From positions 334,056,001-334,120,000 of the forward strand of contig OZ024740.1 in assembly GCA_964016885.1 (NCBI GenBank): a stretch of 64,000 bases of DNA, given 5' to 3'. The translations under genes were made by a program, and so were the position numbers. Below, one piece after another: positions 42,331 through 55,375 of this stretch (positions are counted from its first letter, which is position 1; every line of letters begins with the position of its first letter). The notes beneath the pieces are model-generated. The model saw only the letters and a list, made by a program, of their open reading frames with translations. It was not told the origin of the DNA and made no database searches. The DNA is from Eledone cirrhosa (Eukaryota).

Positions 42331-43179
42331 TACCATTCTTCATCGTTACAACTTATATCCACATTAGTGATAAGTTGTTGTATTAACGTAAATTTAAAGA
42401 TGAAGCGAAAAAATAAATATTTATTGGATGAGTTAGGCAGAGTAAATAAGCGTGAATAGAAAATAAATAATAATAACAGGAGAATTTTATCTAATGTTTA
42501 AATTTGATTAAATGTTTAATATATAGTGTTTGCGTGTTACATGTCTTGATATTTTTTTTAAACCTGGCCTTTATGAAATTGCTTCCTAATGCAACACCGA
42601 TATGAATATAGAAGATGATTTATTTTCATTTTTAAAAATAACTACCGAAAAAAGGGTGAAGGAGTTATGTATTAGATATCACCTTTCTGAATGTCTAGTG
42701 GCTTCCAGACAGGATGTTGTTGCATTTACAACCATTTGATTGTTGGATCTCATTGTGTACAAACGTCTATTATCCACTGGGTAAATTTCTCACTACATCG
42801 ACAAAATACTCGATCTGCGATGCTGACGAAATTTCATGTAATCACTTACGCATCACTACGCCTGGAATCTACCAACTGAGAGAACACTTTAAAATCACCC
42901 TCGAGGACCGAATGCCTTCAAGTATTTGCATTCTTCTAAATATAGCAAATGCTATACTCTGTGGTTGATTAAGACACCGTTCCATTTAAGTTATATCAAA
43001 CTAAGGACGCAAACAGTTGGTAGAACTCCTACGATTCTTCTAAACCTTAGAGGCTGTAAATGTAGACAGAAGCAATTACGGCTACTTATTTTTCATCCCT
43101 AAGAACATTTTATGATTTTCTTACCTATCATTTCTAATAGTTTTTTTGTTATTACAGAGATTGTCTGCAATTTATATAA

Positions 43180-43219
<40 letters not shown>

Positions 43220-43304
43220 AAAAAATTGAACAGGGACAGAACAGAGAGGCAGTACGACAAATGTTTATTAGATTCACGCCCAGGAGAGTGGGGGGTAGGT
43301 GGAG

Positions 43305-43340
43305 GACGACGTTTCGGGCATAAGCCCTTCTTCAGGTAAG
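43305..43340 (-). ncRNA. Minimal hammerhead core in the PLE 3' end
   Basis: The minus strand reads AC-CTGAAGA-A-GGGC TTAT GCCC-GAAACGTC-GT. The core is canonical with a palindromic ACGT stem III, but stem I is only about 2 bp. Confidence 0.75.
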
Positions 43341-44169
43341 AGTTCAAAAGGTGTGTAGGGGAGTGGTGGAGAGACATATAGCGAAAGGAAACGGTGCGAA
43401 TGAAAAATTAACAAATAAAGACAAAAATATAATAAATAATAAATAAAAATAAAGCATGATCAAAATACAAGGAATGAGAACATTTAAAAATAAAGGCATG
43501 ATCAAAATAAACTGAAATTAAAAGGGGGGTAAACAGGTGGTGGAAGGGTGTGGGGTGAGTAGAGGTGGAGGCGGGTGGAGTGGGGAGAGGGAGACGGGGT
43601 GTCCGAGCGGGGAGGGCTGAAGGTGGTGTGTGTGGTTAGGTGTGCGTGTGTGTGTGTGTGTGTGTATGTGAAAGTGAGGGTTGGGGGAAGAACGGGGTTG
43701 CATGTTCAGGAAGGTGTGTGTGGGGGGTGTTTTTGTGTGTCGGAGGGTCTGTGCGTGTGTGGATAGGGGGTGGGGGGAGAGGAATCAGGGGGCTGAGGGT
43801 GTAAATATGTGGTGGGAAGCACGTGTGTGTGGTTTAAGCGTGTTGTGGGTGTGGGTGGCGTGTGGATAAAAAAATTTGTTTTGAGATGTGTGTGTGGGTG
43901 AGTTATATAGGTGATGGTGTTAGAGGATGGTTGAAAGTGGTAAGTTACACGGATGTATGGAGATTTTGGTTGGAAGTCAAAACGCGTGTGGGTAATCCAA
44001 GAAGCGGTGGTCGGAAGAGGAGAGATGTGGGGTGCGCGCGCAACAGGAAGTGGTCAGCAGTGGAAGTGCTGTGGTCAGTTGGTGCTGAGACAGTGGTCGG
44101 AAGGGCATAGCAGCAGTCAGCGGAATGGTAGGGAGGCGAGGATGGGTAGGTGTGAGAGTTGGAGTGAAG

Positions 44170-44222
<53 letters not shown>

Positions 44223-44698
44223 TAGTAGGGGTGTTAGTGGGATGAGTGAGTGTGGAGTGGGGAGAGAAGGGTGTGTGTGGTTCTATGGAGGGAGTGTGGT
44301 GTACTGGTGTGTGTGTAGTTTGGTGAGGAGGTGTTAGTGGGTGTTAGTAGACGGGAGGTGGGGAGGGGTGGAATGCAGGTGTGAGTGGGGGTTAGTGGGC
44401 GTAGGGTGTGTAGAGTTGGTGGTGTACGAGGGTGTGTGGGTACGTGTGCGTGGGGTTGGAGGGTGTTAGAGATGTTAGTTGCGTGTGGGGTGGGTGGTGT
44501 AAGTGTGTGCGTGTGATAAGGAGGGGGGAGGAGGAGAAGAGGGGAGGGAAGGGATGTTAGTATGTTAGTTGGGGAAGGGTGGTTAGATGAGGGGTGGAGT
44601 GGAGGTGTTAGTATTGTTAGTGCGGGGTGGGCGGTGAAAAGGAGGGGTGTGTTAGTGGTGTTAGTGGGGGATAAGTGGGGGAGGGGGGCGGTCGAAAG

Positions 44699-46600
44699 CT
44701 AAAGGAATAAGGGTGGGGAGTTCAGGCCGGGGAGAGTGTGGGTCTGTAAGAGGAAGATAGTACGTTGTTCGACCGTGAGGCGATGGGCGGGTGTTCCGTG
44801 GCACTGGAGTAGGCCACAGACTGTGAGATGGTGTGCGGAGTGTCCAGGGCCACCAAAGTGGCGGGCGATGGGGGAACTGCCCCCGAGACGAATGTCCCGG
44901 AGGTGCTCCGTGACTCGGTCCGCCAGGCGGCGTCCCGTCTGTCCGACATAAGTCGCGCTGCACCTCGTGCAACGAAGTCCGTAGACTAGGTTGGAGGAGG
45001 TGCAGCGGAAGGCATGCCGGACCGAGAGAGGGTGGCCGTTGGGACCCTGGAAGGTGGTGGTGTTGGTGATGTGGGGACAGGTGTTGCAGCGGGGCCTAGA
45101 ACAGGGGAAGGAACCGGGGGGGGGGACGGAGCGTGGGTTGGGGGGTAGGGAGCTGTGGACGAGGAGGGTGCGGAGATTGCGTGCGCGTTTGAAGGAGGGG
45201 AGTGGTGGGGTTGGGAAGATGTGGGAGGTGGAGGGGTCGGACTGGAGGTGTCGGAAGAGGCGGCGGATGGTGCGGTGGAGGGGTAAGGTGGAGGGGTGGT
45301 AGGTGATGGGGAAGGGGAGACGGTGGGTGGGTGTGCGGTGGCGTGGGGTGAGGGTGGTAGAGCGGGGGATAGCACGGGCGCGGGTGAGAGCGGTGTGGAC
45401 GAGAGAGGGGGGGTAACCTCTGCGGATGAAATGGCTGACTAGGGAAAGGGCTTGGGACTCGAAGTCAGCATCTCGGCTACAGAGGCGGCGGATCCTGAGA
45501 AGTTGGGAGTAGGGAATGGAGAGTTTAGTGTGGGTGGGGTGGGAAGAGGTGAAGTCGAGGTAAGAGTGGGAGTCGGTGGGTTTGAAGAAGGCGGAGGTGA
45601 CGAGGGAGTGGTGGGAGGGGTCGAAGGCGACGGAGATGTCCAAGAAGTGGACGTGGGTGGTGGAGATAGAGGTGGTGAAGTGGAGGGAGGGGTGGAAGGA
45701 GCAGAAGAAGGAGAGAAAGGAGTCGAGCTGTACTCGGGTGAGGGTCGTGGCTCCGATACAGTCGTCAATGTAACGACCGTACAGTTCGGGCGTGGGGCCG
45801 GTGTACTGGGCAACGATTCGGGCCTCAACATGGCCAACAAAAAGGTTGGCATAGTTCGGGCCCATTCTTGTGCCCATGGCTACCCCCGTGACCTGTTGGT
45901 AAAACTCACCCGAGAAGGAGAAACAATTTAGGGTGAGGACCAGCTCGGCGAGGCGAAGGAGGGTGGGGGTGGAGGGAATGGGGGAGGGGCGAAGGTCGAG
46001 GTAGTGTTTGAGGGCGCGAAGGCCGTCGGCGTGGGGGATGACGGTATAGAGGGACTTGATGTCTAGGGTGAAGAGGAATGGCTGAGGGCCGGGTAGGTAG
46101 GTGAAGGAGTCGAAAAGGCGCAGGGCGTGGTTGGTGTCAGAGATGTGGGAGGGGAGGGTGGTGACAAGGGGGGGCGAGGAGGGAGTCGAGAAAGGCGGAG
46201 ATGAGTTCGGTGGGGCAGTTGCAAGCGGAGACGATGGGACGGCCAGGGTTGTCGGGTTTGTGGAGTTTGGGGAGGAAGTAGATGGTGGGGGTGCGGGGTG
46301 TGCGGACGATGAGGTGGGAAGCGGTGGGGGGGAGGAGGGAGGAGGCGATAAGGTCTTTGATGGTGGAGGAGACTTGTTGTTGGTAGAGGGGGGTTGGATC
46401 GGAGGGTAGAGGGCGGTAAAAGAGGGGGTTACAGAGCTGCCTGAGGGCTTCGGCCTTGTAGAGGTCCGCGCGCCATACCACCACGGCGCCTCCCTTGTCC
46501 GCCGGTTTGATGACGATGTCATCTCGGCTACGGAGGGAGCGGAGAGCGAGGAGTTCGCCCCGTGAGATGTTGTGCCGTTTTGGAACGGTGGCGGAAGTCG
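44699..46600 (-). CDS. PLE reverse transcriptase plus GIY-YIG endonuclease; single frameshift in the G7 run at ~46168-46174
   Basis: IKPADKGGAVVVW, YFLPKLHK..PGRPIVS, LDIKSLYTVIP, GVAMGTRMGPNYANLF, RYIDD, FLDI, KPTD, S.HP; linker PCSRPRCNTC; NLVYGLRCTRC...YVGQT.RRL..R..EH; PGLN. Confidence 0.92.
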   Translation of the reverse strand, partial: RLPPPFQNGTTSHGANSSLSAPSVAEMTSSSNRRTREAPWWYGARTSTRPKPSGSSVTPSFTALYPPIQPPSTNNKSPPPSKTLSPPPSSPPPLPTSSSAHPAPPPSTSSPNSTNPTTLAVPSSPLATAPPNSSPPFSTPSSPPLVTTLPSHISDTNHALRLFDSFTYLPGPQPFLFTLDIKSLYTVIPHADGLRALKHYLDLRPSPIPSTPTLLRLAELVLTLNCFSFSGEFYQQVTGVAMGTRMGPNYANLFVGHVEARIVAQYTGPTPELYGRYIDDCIGATTLTRVQLDSFLSFFCSFHPSLHFTTSISTTHVHFLDISVAFDPSHHSLVTSAFFKPTDSHSYLDFTSSHPTHTKLSIPYSQLLRIRRLCSRDADFESQALSLVSHFIRRGYPPSLVHTALTRARAIPRSTTLTPRHRTPTHRLPFPITYHPSTLPLHRTIRRLFRHLQSDPSTSHIFPTPPLPSFKRARNLRTLLVHSSLPPNPRSVPPPGSFPCSRPRCNTCPHITNTTTFQGPNGHPLSVRHAFRCTSSNLVYGLRCTRCSATYVGQTGRRLADRVTEHLRDIRLGGSSPIARHFGGPGHSAHHLTVCGLLQCHGTPAHRLTVEQRTIFLLQTHTLPGLNSPPLFL

Positions 46601-46602
46601 AA

Positions 46603-46637
<35 letters not shown>

Positions 46638-46799
46638 CTAGCGCGCGCGTGTGTGTGAATCTAAACTATAATAAAGGAAGGTCTATATAAAGTTTACAGA
46701 AAGAAAACACGAACAAATATAATATATACAAAGGAAAGGGAAAGGAAAAAAAGAAAGAGAAAAAATAAACAAGCAGGTAATACACACATCTTACGCCAC

Positions 46800-47110
46800 A
46801 GAACGGCGTAAGAACCTCGCTGTCATTAGCCCGACTCCCCAAAACGTCTCGAACGCCACAGGCTGGATAATGTATTTAGCTGACAGAACACGGTATTTTA
46901 GAATTGTGTTCCTCCCAACCGCGGATGTTGTAGCGCTCGCATCCAGAATGTGGGAAGAAGCAAAAGAGTCAGTAACTCTGACGTCCCAGGTAAGGCACCT
47001 GTCTCTTGACCAGGAGCACAGAGTAAGACCGTCAATTATTTTCCCATCAATTCAGGACAACTCAGACGGTTCCAAAATTGAGGCATTGTTTACCCTGGCC
47101 AAAGCTCTTG
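46800..47110 (-). mobile_element. Fragment of a second CRE-like element (REL endonuclease); not in the ORF track
   Basis: RALARVNNASILEPSELS*IDGKIIDGLTLCSWSRDRCLTWDVRVTDSFASSH...KYRVL...QPVAFETF parallels the LEP..DGKRPDG..WD..KY..P.A.ET pattern at 41880-42140. Confidence 0.8.
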
Positions 47111-47289
47111 AGTGGTAATAGGATAGTGTGTTGTACGTCCGTGCGCGTGAGTTTGTCGGCGTTCTGAAATTAGAGACACGTGTGTCTGTGTCACTGTGTT
47201 TAAGTTAGACATATATATGTGTTTATCCCTTTTTTTCCTTTTACACACACATACATTAACACAAACATACATGCACATTGCGTGATGGG

Positions 47290-47975
47290 CGAGTGGACAG
47301 AAGTCCCTAAAAGTTATATACATGTGAATGGAGTTCTACTGAAGCAGTTAGAGACGTTCAAGTATCTTGGAGCCGTGTACATGAGTGATGGAATGCAGGA
47401 TGCTGAAATAAGTGCAAGAATTGCAAAAGCTGATGCAGTAATTCGCCAACCTCAGCATTCAGCAATCAGATGTAAAAGTCAAACTCGCTGTCTTCCTAGG
47501 TGTAAAAGCCAAACTCGCTGTTTTCCTGGTATTCCTGCCAACTCTTACCAAGGATCATGAATCTTGAGTAATGATCAGAAGAATACAATTGCAAATAAAA
47601 TTGGCAGAAATGGGATTCCCCCGAAGCGTCTTTGGAGTAATATTACTCGTTAAATGGCATAACTCAGAGACTGGAGGGTCACTCCTGGTAGAGCCGCTAC
47701 TTCTCCAAATTGAGATATCACAACGCCGATATGAGCATGTGGTTAGAATGTCTCAGTAAAGAATAGCTGGACATATTTTACAGGCAGAACCAACCGGCAA
47801 GAGACCCAGAGATAGACCCAGAGATAGACACTGAGCAAGATAGTTGAGCAAGATCCATGAGCTGGTTACGCTTTGGGATCCAGCTGGATCAGTTAGAGAT
47901 GTTAGCTACTAACAGACTCGCTGGAAAGAGTGTTTGAGAAGGACTCTGCCCCACGACAGAAATAAGAGTGTGAAG
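47290..47975 (+). mobile_element. Degenerate RTE-type LINE 3' end
   Basis: VNGVLLKQLETFKYLGAVYMSDGMQDAEISARIAKA...AEMGF.R...VEPLLLQIE.SQ.R..HVVRM...PTGKRPR. Confidence 0.8.
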
Positions 47976-48109
47976 AATAAGATATTGCTAATTTACTTTT
48001 CAATTCACATATGCATATATATTTGCGTATAATACCAATATGCACACTACATATGCTAGCAGAAAACCACACGAGCGCGGCTTTTCTGCTAGTATGTTAT
48101 AATATAATT

Positions 48110-48492
48110 ATAACACGGTTTATTTGCTAACATTGTTTTGTATCCCGCATTCTACTTAGTTTGTGGCGTTGCACTTCCGCCATTGCATGACCTTCATTGA
48201 CGTAACTATGAAATAACGAACGGTGACGTTATTTAAATGCGATCTCGCTGGTTGTAAAAGAGATGACTTTAAACCTAAATCTTTTATCTTTGTTAATTTC
48301 ATATTCTAGGGAAAAAGCTCTTCTTAATATTGAGTTGATTTTGTTAAGCTTGTTGTTGTTATTATATTACGGTTGTTTGCCAGATATAGTGTGACTATGC
48401 AAATAATTATACGTATTCTGGTGTGTGATTATTTAAATAACTATTTCCAAATGCAGAATTAGAAACAAATGACAGCAACGAAACCGTGTTAG
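48110..48492. mobile_element. Possible MITE with ~18 bp imperfect terminal inverted repeats
   Basis: TAACACGGTTTATTTGCT versus AGCAACGAAACCGTGTTA; a separate hairpin lies at 48052-48096. Confidence 0.35.
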
Positions 48493-48954
48493 CAATATAC
48501 TTACTAAAATACTCCAGCTCTATTTATTGCTGGGACCGAGCGTTCTGTTCCCTCATTTGGCTGTTCTACGGAATCTTTCAACACTACTAATATGGGTATA
48601 TATATTCTATGCTATAACAAAATAATTATTTTATTCATGATATTTGCCTTCGAATTAGTAACTGTAGAAGTTCCGTAATGAAGCAGTGAACATCAAAAAA
48701 TATGCTACATTGAGTATGTAATACAAACAAGGATAATGATGCAAATCAATAGTTTATCAAAATGTAATTGCCCATAAATTGATGTAATATTTCCAAATGT
48801 TGACAATATAGTTACGGAAAATATCCATATATATATACAACTGTAAATAGACATATCCTGAAAAATATAGCATCCATTTAGTAATAGGTGCCTGAAAGAC
48901 GATTAACAGTTGTGTAGACTAGACTTACGCATATGCATAATGCACAGAAAACTT

Positions 48955-49120
48955 TTTGGTCTGTAGATCGTTTTTCGTCAATGAGCTTTTTAATCTCTTT
49001 ATCATTCTCATCGATCAAGTCTTTGTGATTCATTGTCGGGAAACCCACCACTTCTGATGTAATGTCATCTAATGACCTGTTCAGGAATTGCCAAAATTTC
49101 TCTAGTTCGGCGTTGAGAGC
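48955..49120 (-). mobile_element. RTE/BovB-like LINE fragment (EN-RT linker)
   Basis: EVVGF...NHKDLIDENDKEIKKLIDEKR resembles HQDWFDEND.EI..L..EK. Confidence 0.55.
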
Positions 49121-52100
49121 TACAATGTTGTGTGAGCTTTGCTTCAAACTTTTCGGAATAGTTCCCTTTCAGCCAGGGGAAACTATCAACATTTTCTTGA
49201 ATTGCGTTATACAAAGCAAATAACCACAACACAAAGCTACTAAGATGGAACAACGAAAAATATTCCTTCATACTGTAAACAAAACGCACACACATGAAAT
49301 AATCCAGGTAAACGTTATGGGAAAGATTAAATAAATATTATATACAACTTCTTGACTTAAATGAAGTAACAAAATACTACAGATTTAAATAGATCCAGAA
49401 CACGCATAACGTATACACACTGAAAATATAATACACCAACCGTACATGCGTACGAAGAAGATACGTTCATACTGACGCATGTAGGTACCACAACTGAATC
49501 CACAAAATCACAACTAATGAGTCCGAAAATATAATGGAAATATCACATAAACTCCTACACTTCGACGAAGTAAGGCACTATATAAACACAAATGCTTACA
49601 AAAAAAGCCAATCAAATCTAAACTAATGATGGAAATCAAACGCGTTTCCATAGAAACAACCAATTGAGCCACAATAATGATATAGCCTCGACCCCAAACT
49701 TAGCAGTAAATAGAATTAAAAATAGCGTAGCATTAAAGATTGGCTACGCCTATAATGAAGAATTTATATATATATATATATATATGAAACAATAAAGAAA
49801 TTACACGATGTGACGAAAACGATATCATTAATATTGATCAAGCAAAATGCGCACCGACAAGATCATCACAAAGCTATAAATAAACAAACATTGCCATCTC
49901 ATACAGCTAAACACAACATGTCTCTACAAGAAATTATTTCCACAGATGAAAAATAGATCTAATATATTAAGTTGCCATGGCAATATCGCGGATAATATGT
50001 ACTTCATCATAATAGAGTGCAACTCTCTTTATTGCAATCTACCAAAAAGATAGTGGAAAGATTATATATTACCCGAAGTTGAAAAGTACGGCAATACCTA
50101 TCATTTATTATTGAAATAGAAAACGAGAGGTCTACCAAAACTATTGAAAATACAATAACATATAATCAAAAATTATCATATCTATAAAAGAGTGGACATC
50201 ATGGAAATGAAAGAAATATTTCAAAAAATGTTAGTAGAAGTTATTTTGGATAACCAGTCCCCAAACATGTGATCCCGTCATTTAGAAGAAGAATGTATTT
50301 GAAACAAGAAAGGGAATAAAGGGAATATCATTAAAAAATATAACACAAAAAGGAATGACAAGACAATTAGAAGAAAGAAGTATTGATATCTTATTAGGCC
50401 AGAAACTTTGTAGGGATGAATATTAGAACATGTTGACGCTATACCCTAAGTATTATTTGTCTTTTTGATAAAAAAAAGGCAACTTGGTGGAATTTGAATG
50501 TCGTGAGTAAATACCACAAATTCAGATTGTGGTAACTCGCAATATGAAGATAAAGTATTGAACATAAGCACAGACCGCAAGACCACAATCTAAAGACCAT
50601 ATGAACTAAGAAGGAAAGTGTCAGGATACATGATATTCACTTAGGCCTAAAATATTGTAAAGGGAAAGTGCTCTGAAATGAAAAGTAACTGATTTCTGAC
50701 ATACAATATATCAAGCATGATTCCTGGAATATGTTGCAAAAACAACTAATTAATTAGTAAATTAAACAGAATTAATAACACAGTAGGTACCACAGACTAC
50801 AACAATATATGAATAGTCCCCCCTTTCCCCTTGCAAAAATCAGAAGAACACCAGAGAACATAAAAGATATCTGGCACGTCTATTATTTCAGCCGTAGAAG
50901 GGTTAACAGAAAAGTATGCAGGATTTTCAGAAGTAGATAATGGGTAGTACTCAGTTTGATACACTATAAACAGTATTTGACACCGCCAAGTTAGCGATAT
51001 GAAGATGGAAATATTGAAACATTTTACTTTAAAATTAGGAAAATAAATTAAACTTGAGAACATCGCATTTCATTCAGAATATTAAGAGACACAAAATATA
51101 CCGAAATAAAAAATATTCTATGAGTGGATGAAACATTTGGAAAACAAATAATATACATTTAGGTGAGTATTAGAACAGTGTAGTGTGGGGCATGTCTCAC
51201 AATTAGGTACTCGTTTCGAAACCGTAAAAGTTCCTAGCGGTAGTACACAATAAACATTTTTATTTGACAAATAATATATTTGCATGTCTGCCATGGCCTT
51301 TCATGCTCAGTAGTTAGGAATGAAGCTCAGAATCATAGCGATTTTTTTTTGTTTTTTTACAATAAATAATTTTCCCCCTCAATTTTCATGAAATCAAATC
51401 GAAGAAATTATCGAAATGGTAAACACTATACTATGTAAACAGTACTTACAAAATATATTGATATATATATTACCTAGAACAAGCTATCAAAGTTCAATCC
51501 ATAGCATGGCTAAACTAATTCATATGAAAACACATCGCACACAAATTCAAACATAAGACATGTTCTTCAGTCTATGATAGAAAAGAAATAGTACTTTGTA
51601 GTTTGAATTTGAAGCATAAGTGTGACAAACCAAATCATGGGATCGACTATGTTTATATTTTACTGTTATACTCCTATAAAGTTTTAAAAAACATACAACA
51701 ATATATGGCAGCTAAATTCAAAGGTGAGATCTACCAGTGAAACTGAATTAATATTCAAAGGAAAAAGCGACGGAAGTGAATTTATGCTTATAACCCTAGA
51801 ATTATACCGGGAAGACACAAATAATGGAATCAAAACAGCTAACAAAATTTAAAATATATTCAGAATAGAAAACACGAATGTAAAATTAAGAAATCGAATA
51901 ACAAACATAGTAAATTCAAGATCTAGAACACCTAAATGATATTGGGTAATATATTTCTGATATACACAATACTATTTATAGTATGAATAGAAATATGTGA
52001 ACAAATCTATATATAGGAAATTCTAATAAAGGGAATCATAACCATGTCTATCTAAAACTGCCAAGAATTATATCTATGGTTTTAATTAATTTTATTCTAA

Positions 52101-52873
52101 TGATAAAAATCAAAGATTAAACAAAAGTAACGTTACAAAAGTGCTCTTATGATCATTAGAGATTACAGTAAACGGACACAGGCTTCAGTGTTCAAAAGAT
52201 ATGTTTCAACCACTGACGTTACAAAGGGATGTGTGTACCTCGTCTAATCAAATGAAATTAGAATGTCGAAACATGGCAACAACTACGCGATAAAATATTG
52301 GAGAAACTGAAAAAAATGCGAACCAATCCTTAAAGAAATTAATAACAAAACAACGAGACAAAGAGGAAGATATACTATGGAAATGTAATGTGTAAAATAA
52401 AATATTAGAAATCAAATTATACCTAGATTAAGAGGCGCAGAGAAATGAAAAACAACTGAAAATAAAAAATGCACACTGAGTGGGCATCCAGATGATTTGG
52501 ACTCCAATGTGGAAAGATAAAATAACAGCCTGACATTTCTGTGACCTATAAATGCGTGGAATGTATGTATGTGGCAATATATGTGTGGGATATTTGTATG
52601 TAAAATCGATTAGAATGATAACGGAAAATGTATATTTTAAAAGAAAATTCGGTTAACTCTCTCAATGAGCAAGGCTGTGCAACAAATATATTAATTTACC
52701 AAATTATAACATAATACTCAGTGTTCTTTATTAGACTTGGGGGTAAAAACAAAACTCCATTTACTGTAATATAAAATTCACACAACATACTACAACAATG
52801 AGACTGACAACTAGGAACTAGCTGACGGAGGTGATGAAGCGTTAGATCCCAACTAAAACCTGAAGACACTTAC

Positions 52874-53152
52874 CTGACTTGACTATGGTTGAAAAAATGT
52901 GTAGCAATCTTATCATATGTAGAGTAACATATATCACGTGTATTGCATAGCAATAACCTTAGCGAAAAGCTGTAATGATAAAGTAGGTGTGGAATGCCGG
53001 CCTGAATGGTGATACAAAAGCTTCGGATGAGGCGTGGATCATGATCACTAGACAAATTAAGGAACTCTCCTCCACACGTGCAATATATTTTATAAGAATC
53101 GACACGTAATCATTTCCTGAGACAATGCTACAAGGACGGAACACACGAGCTT
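52874..53152 (-). pseudogene. Candidate exon, S4-S5 region, with one internal frameshift near 53100
   Basis: Acceptor TATATTTCCAG| and donor CAG|GTAAGT. Translation (K)ARVFRPCSIVSGNDY(fs)VDSYKIYCTCGGEFLNLSSDHDPRLIRSFCITIQAGIPHLLYHYSF...HSQV. Phases match both neighbouring exons. Confidence 0.55.
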
Positions 53153-53320
53153 CTGGAAATATATATTACAAGTTTGTAGCAATGCTGTTGTTCTCAATGT
53201 CTTCTGTTGGTTCCTTTAATTTTGTCTATATCTCACGCATATCGATCTTCCTCGTGCACACTTGCACGTTTAAAATGTTGTTCTTAAATTCTCGACGAAC
53301 AGAGACACAACCCCCCCCCC

Positions 53321-53372
<52 letters not shown>

Positions 53373-54006
53373 CATATATACATAAACATATGTGTGTAAC
53401 ATACTCTGATTCTCTGTCTGTGAGTCTCTTTGTGGGTTTCTGAGAGGATTAATATGCAGACGTGTAAGGCAATTGCTATATATATATATATATATATATA
53501 CAAAAGCTTTATGTTGCGTATACTTTTGTGTGAACGCATGGCTATATATTTTCATGATTTTATGGACTTGTGCATGCATATTGGTACATATGTTTGCGCA
53601 TAAGTATCTTCGTGTTTGAATATTGATGTGTGTGTAGAGGGGTGTGTTTAGGAAATTCCTGAATTCATGCAGTAAAACATCTATGCTTGCTACCTGAAGC
53701 GAAATATCAGGGAACTGTTCGCTTGATGTTCTTTGTATTATTCATTATATGATTGAAGATACATATATGGTTGAAATTCTAATTATCTTTGATTATTCAG
53801 AGTAGCCTATTTTCGGATTTGCACACAGCCTGCGGGAATCTTTCAAATCTATCTGATTGCAAGAATTGTTAATTAGTAAAGCATTTTGTTTTTAACAGAC
53901 CTGCATTTCTCTGTTCACGCTCAAATAAGTAAGACCAAAGAAAATAATAATAAATATTGACACATGCATAAACATACACACATCCATCTCTGTGTGTGGC
54001 TACATT

Positions 54007-54460
<454 letters not shown>

Positions 54461-55005
54461 ACATATATGTATGAACAAAAAACATAACATATATATTTAT
54501 ATATTTAGAGAGAGAGAAAGAGAGATATATATAGTTATATACATATGTGTGTGTGTAGAGTTGTGTGCATTTGTGTTTGTTTGAACATTTATTTGTATCA
54601 TTATAACATACAGGTAGATGTATGCTATTAGAGAGAGAAAGAAAAGCAGACAATGTCTTGGATAAGGAAACGGTGAGTGATATAGAGCGCGAACGATGAA
54701 TTATGAATGCATGAGTCATGTGAAAATGGGAACGATGAAATTAACTTTAGTTTGCTCTTCTTACTAATTACTAGTTGGATCTTAATAAATATTACTGAAA
54801 ACTTCTCATCACGTTGCATTTTCCTATATAGCATTGATTACTACTATTGATTAATATCATCAGCAGCATCATTAATCTCAACATCATCATCATCAACATC
54901 ACCACAACTGTCTCTGCCAACGTCATCATAATCATTGTGATCAAAATTATCATCATATATTTAATAACTTAGTCAAAGAGTATTTAGAAGTGGAAATACA
55001 CTTAC

Positions 55006-55085
55006 TACAGTACAGTGGAAGGACAGATAAAGAATCGAACCACCATTCAAATGGCATCATGGAAATAGATGCATATTCTGTTTCC
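55006..55085 (-). pseudogene. Candidate 80 bp exon, S3 region
   Basis: Acceptor TATTGTTGCAG| and donor |GTAAGT. The open frame ETEYASISMMPFEWWFDSLSVLPLYC resembles I...Y...WF..D.LS.LP of CNBD channels. Confidence 0.6.
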
Positions 55086-55255
55086 CTGCAACAATAGTGA
55101 ATGTATACAGAACAATCGGAAATCCTCTAGAAACATACTATTCTGGTCTGTTGCATATTTTATTAAATCATTTTAATAAATTTAACATAATCCTATCAAC
55201 ATAAATTTGATACATTTTTTTTATTTGTAATGACAGACACGATTGTCTATATTAC

Positions 55256-55375
55256 CACTGTGTAGATCTGGTCACTCCAGTGTGTAAATCAGGATGTAAA
55301 TGTAGGAAAAACACTCTACGTCATGCGACTCATCAACAGTAGATGTTGAATCCCGTGGCTTGTGCAGAAATGAAG
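55256..55375 (-). pseudogene. Candidate exon, S1-S2 region, disrupted
   Basis: Acceptor ATATTTAG| and donor GTG|GTAATA. It ends LHTGVTRSTQ(W) in phase with the 80 bp exon. That frame has three TGA codons at 55321-55335. Confidence 0.5.

Larger units (their letters stand above)
43217..46602 (-). mobile_element. 5'-truncated Neptune-type Penelope-like element with a 1.5 kb 3' UTR/pLTR, flanked by (TA)n on both sides
   Basis: RT plus GIY-YIG ORF, a terminal hammerhead core, and a sharp composition change at both (TA)n boundaries. Confidence 0.92.

Noticed and set aside
39459-46409. Many antisense and alternate-frame ORFs over the CRE and PLE elements
   Set aside because: They are shadow ORFs caused by high GC content.
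44699-46522. Ser/Pro-rich N-terminus of the listed 607 aa ORF as a real domain
   Set aside because: It is the wrong frame upstream of the frameshift at ~46170; the true RT N-terminus is in the 46137-46484 frame.
49400-52600. A-rich plus-strand stretch suggestive of an ancient LINE
   Set aside because: No motif could be read with confidence, so it is left unannotated.
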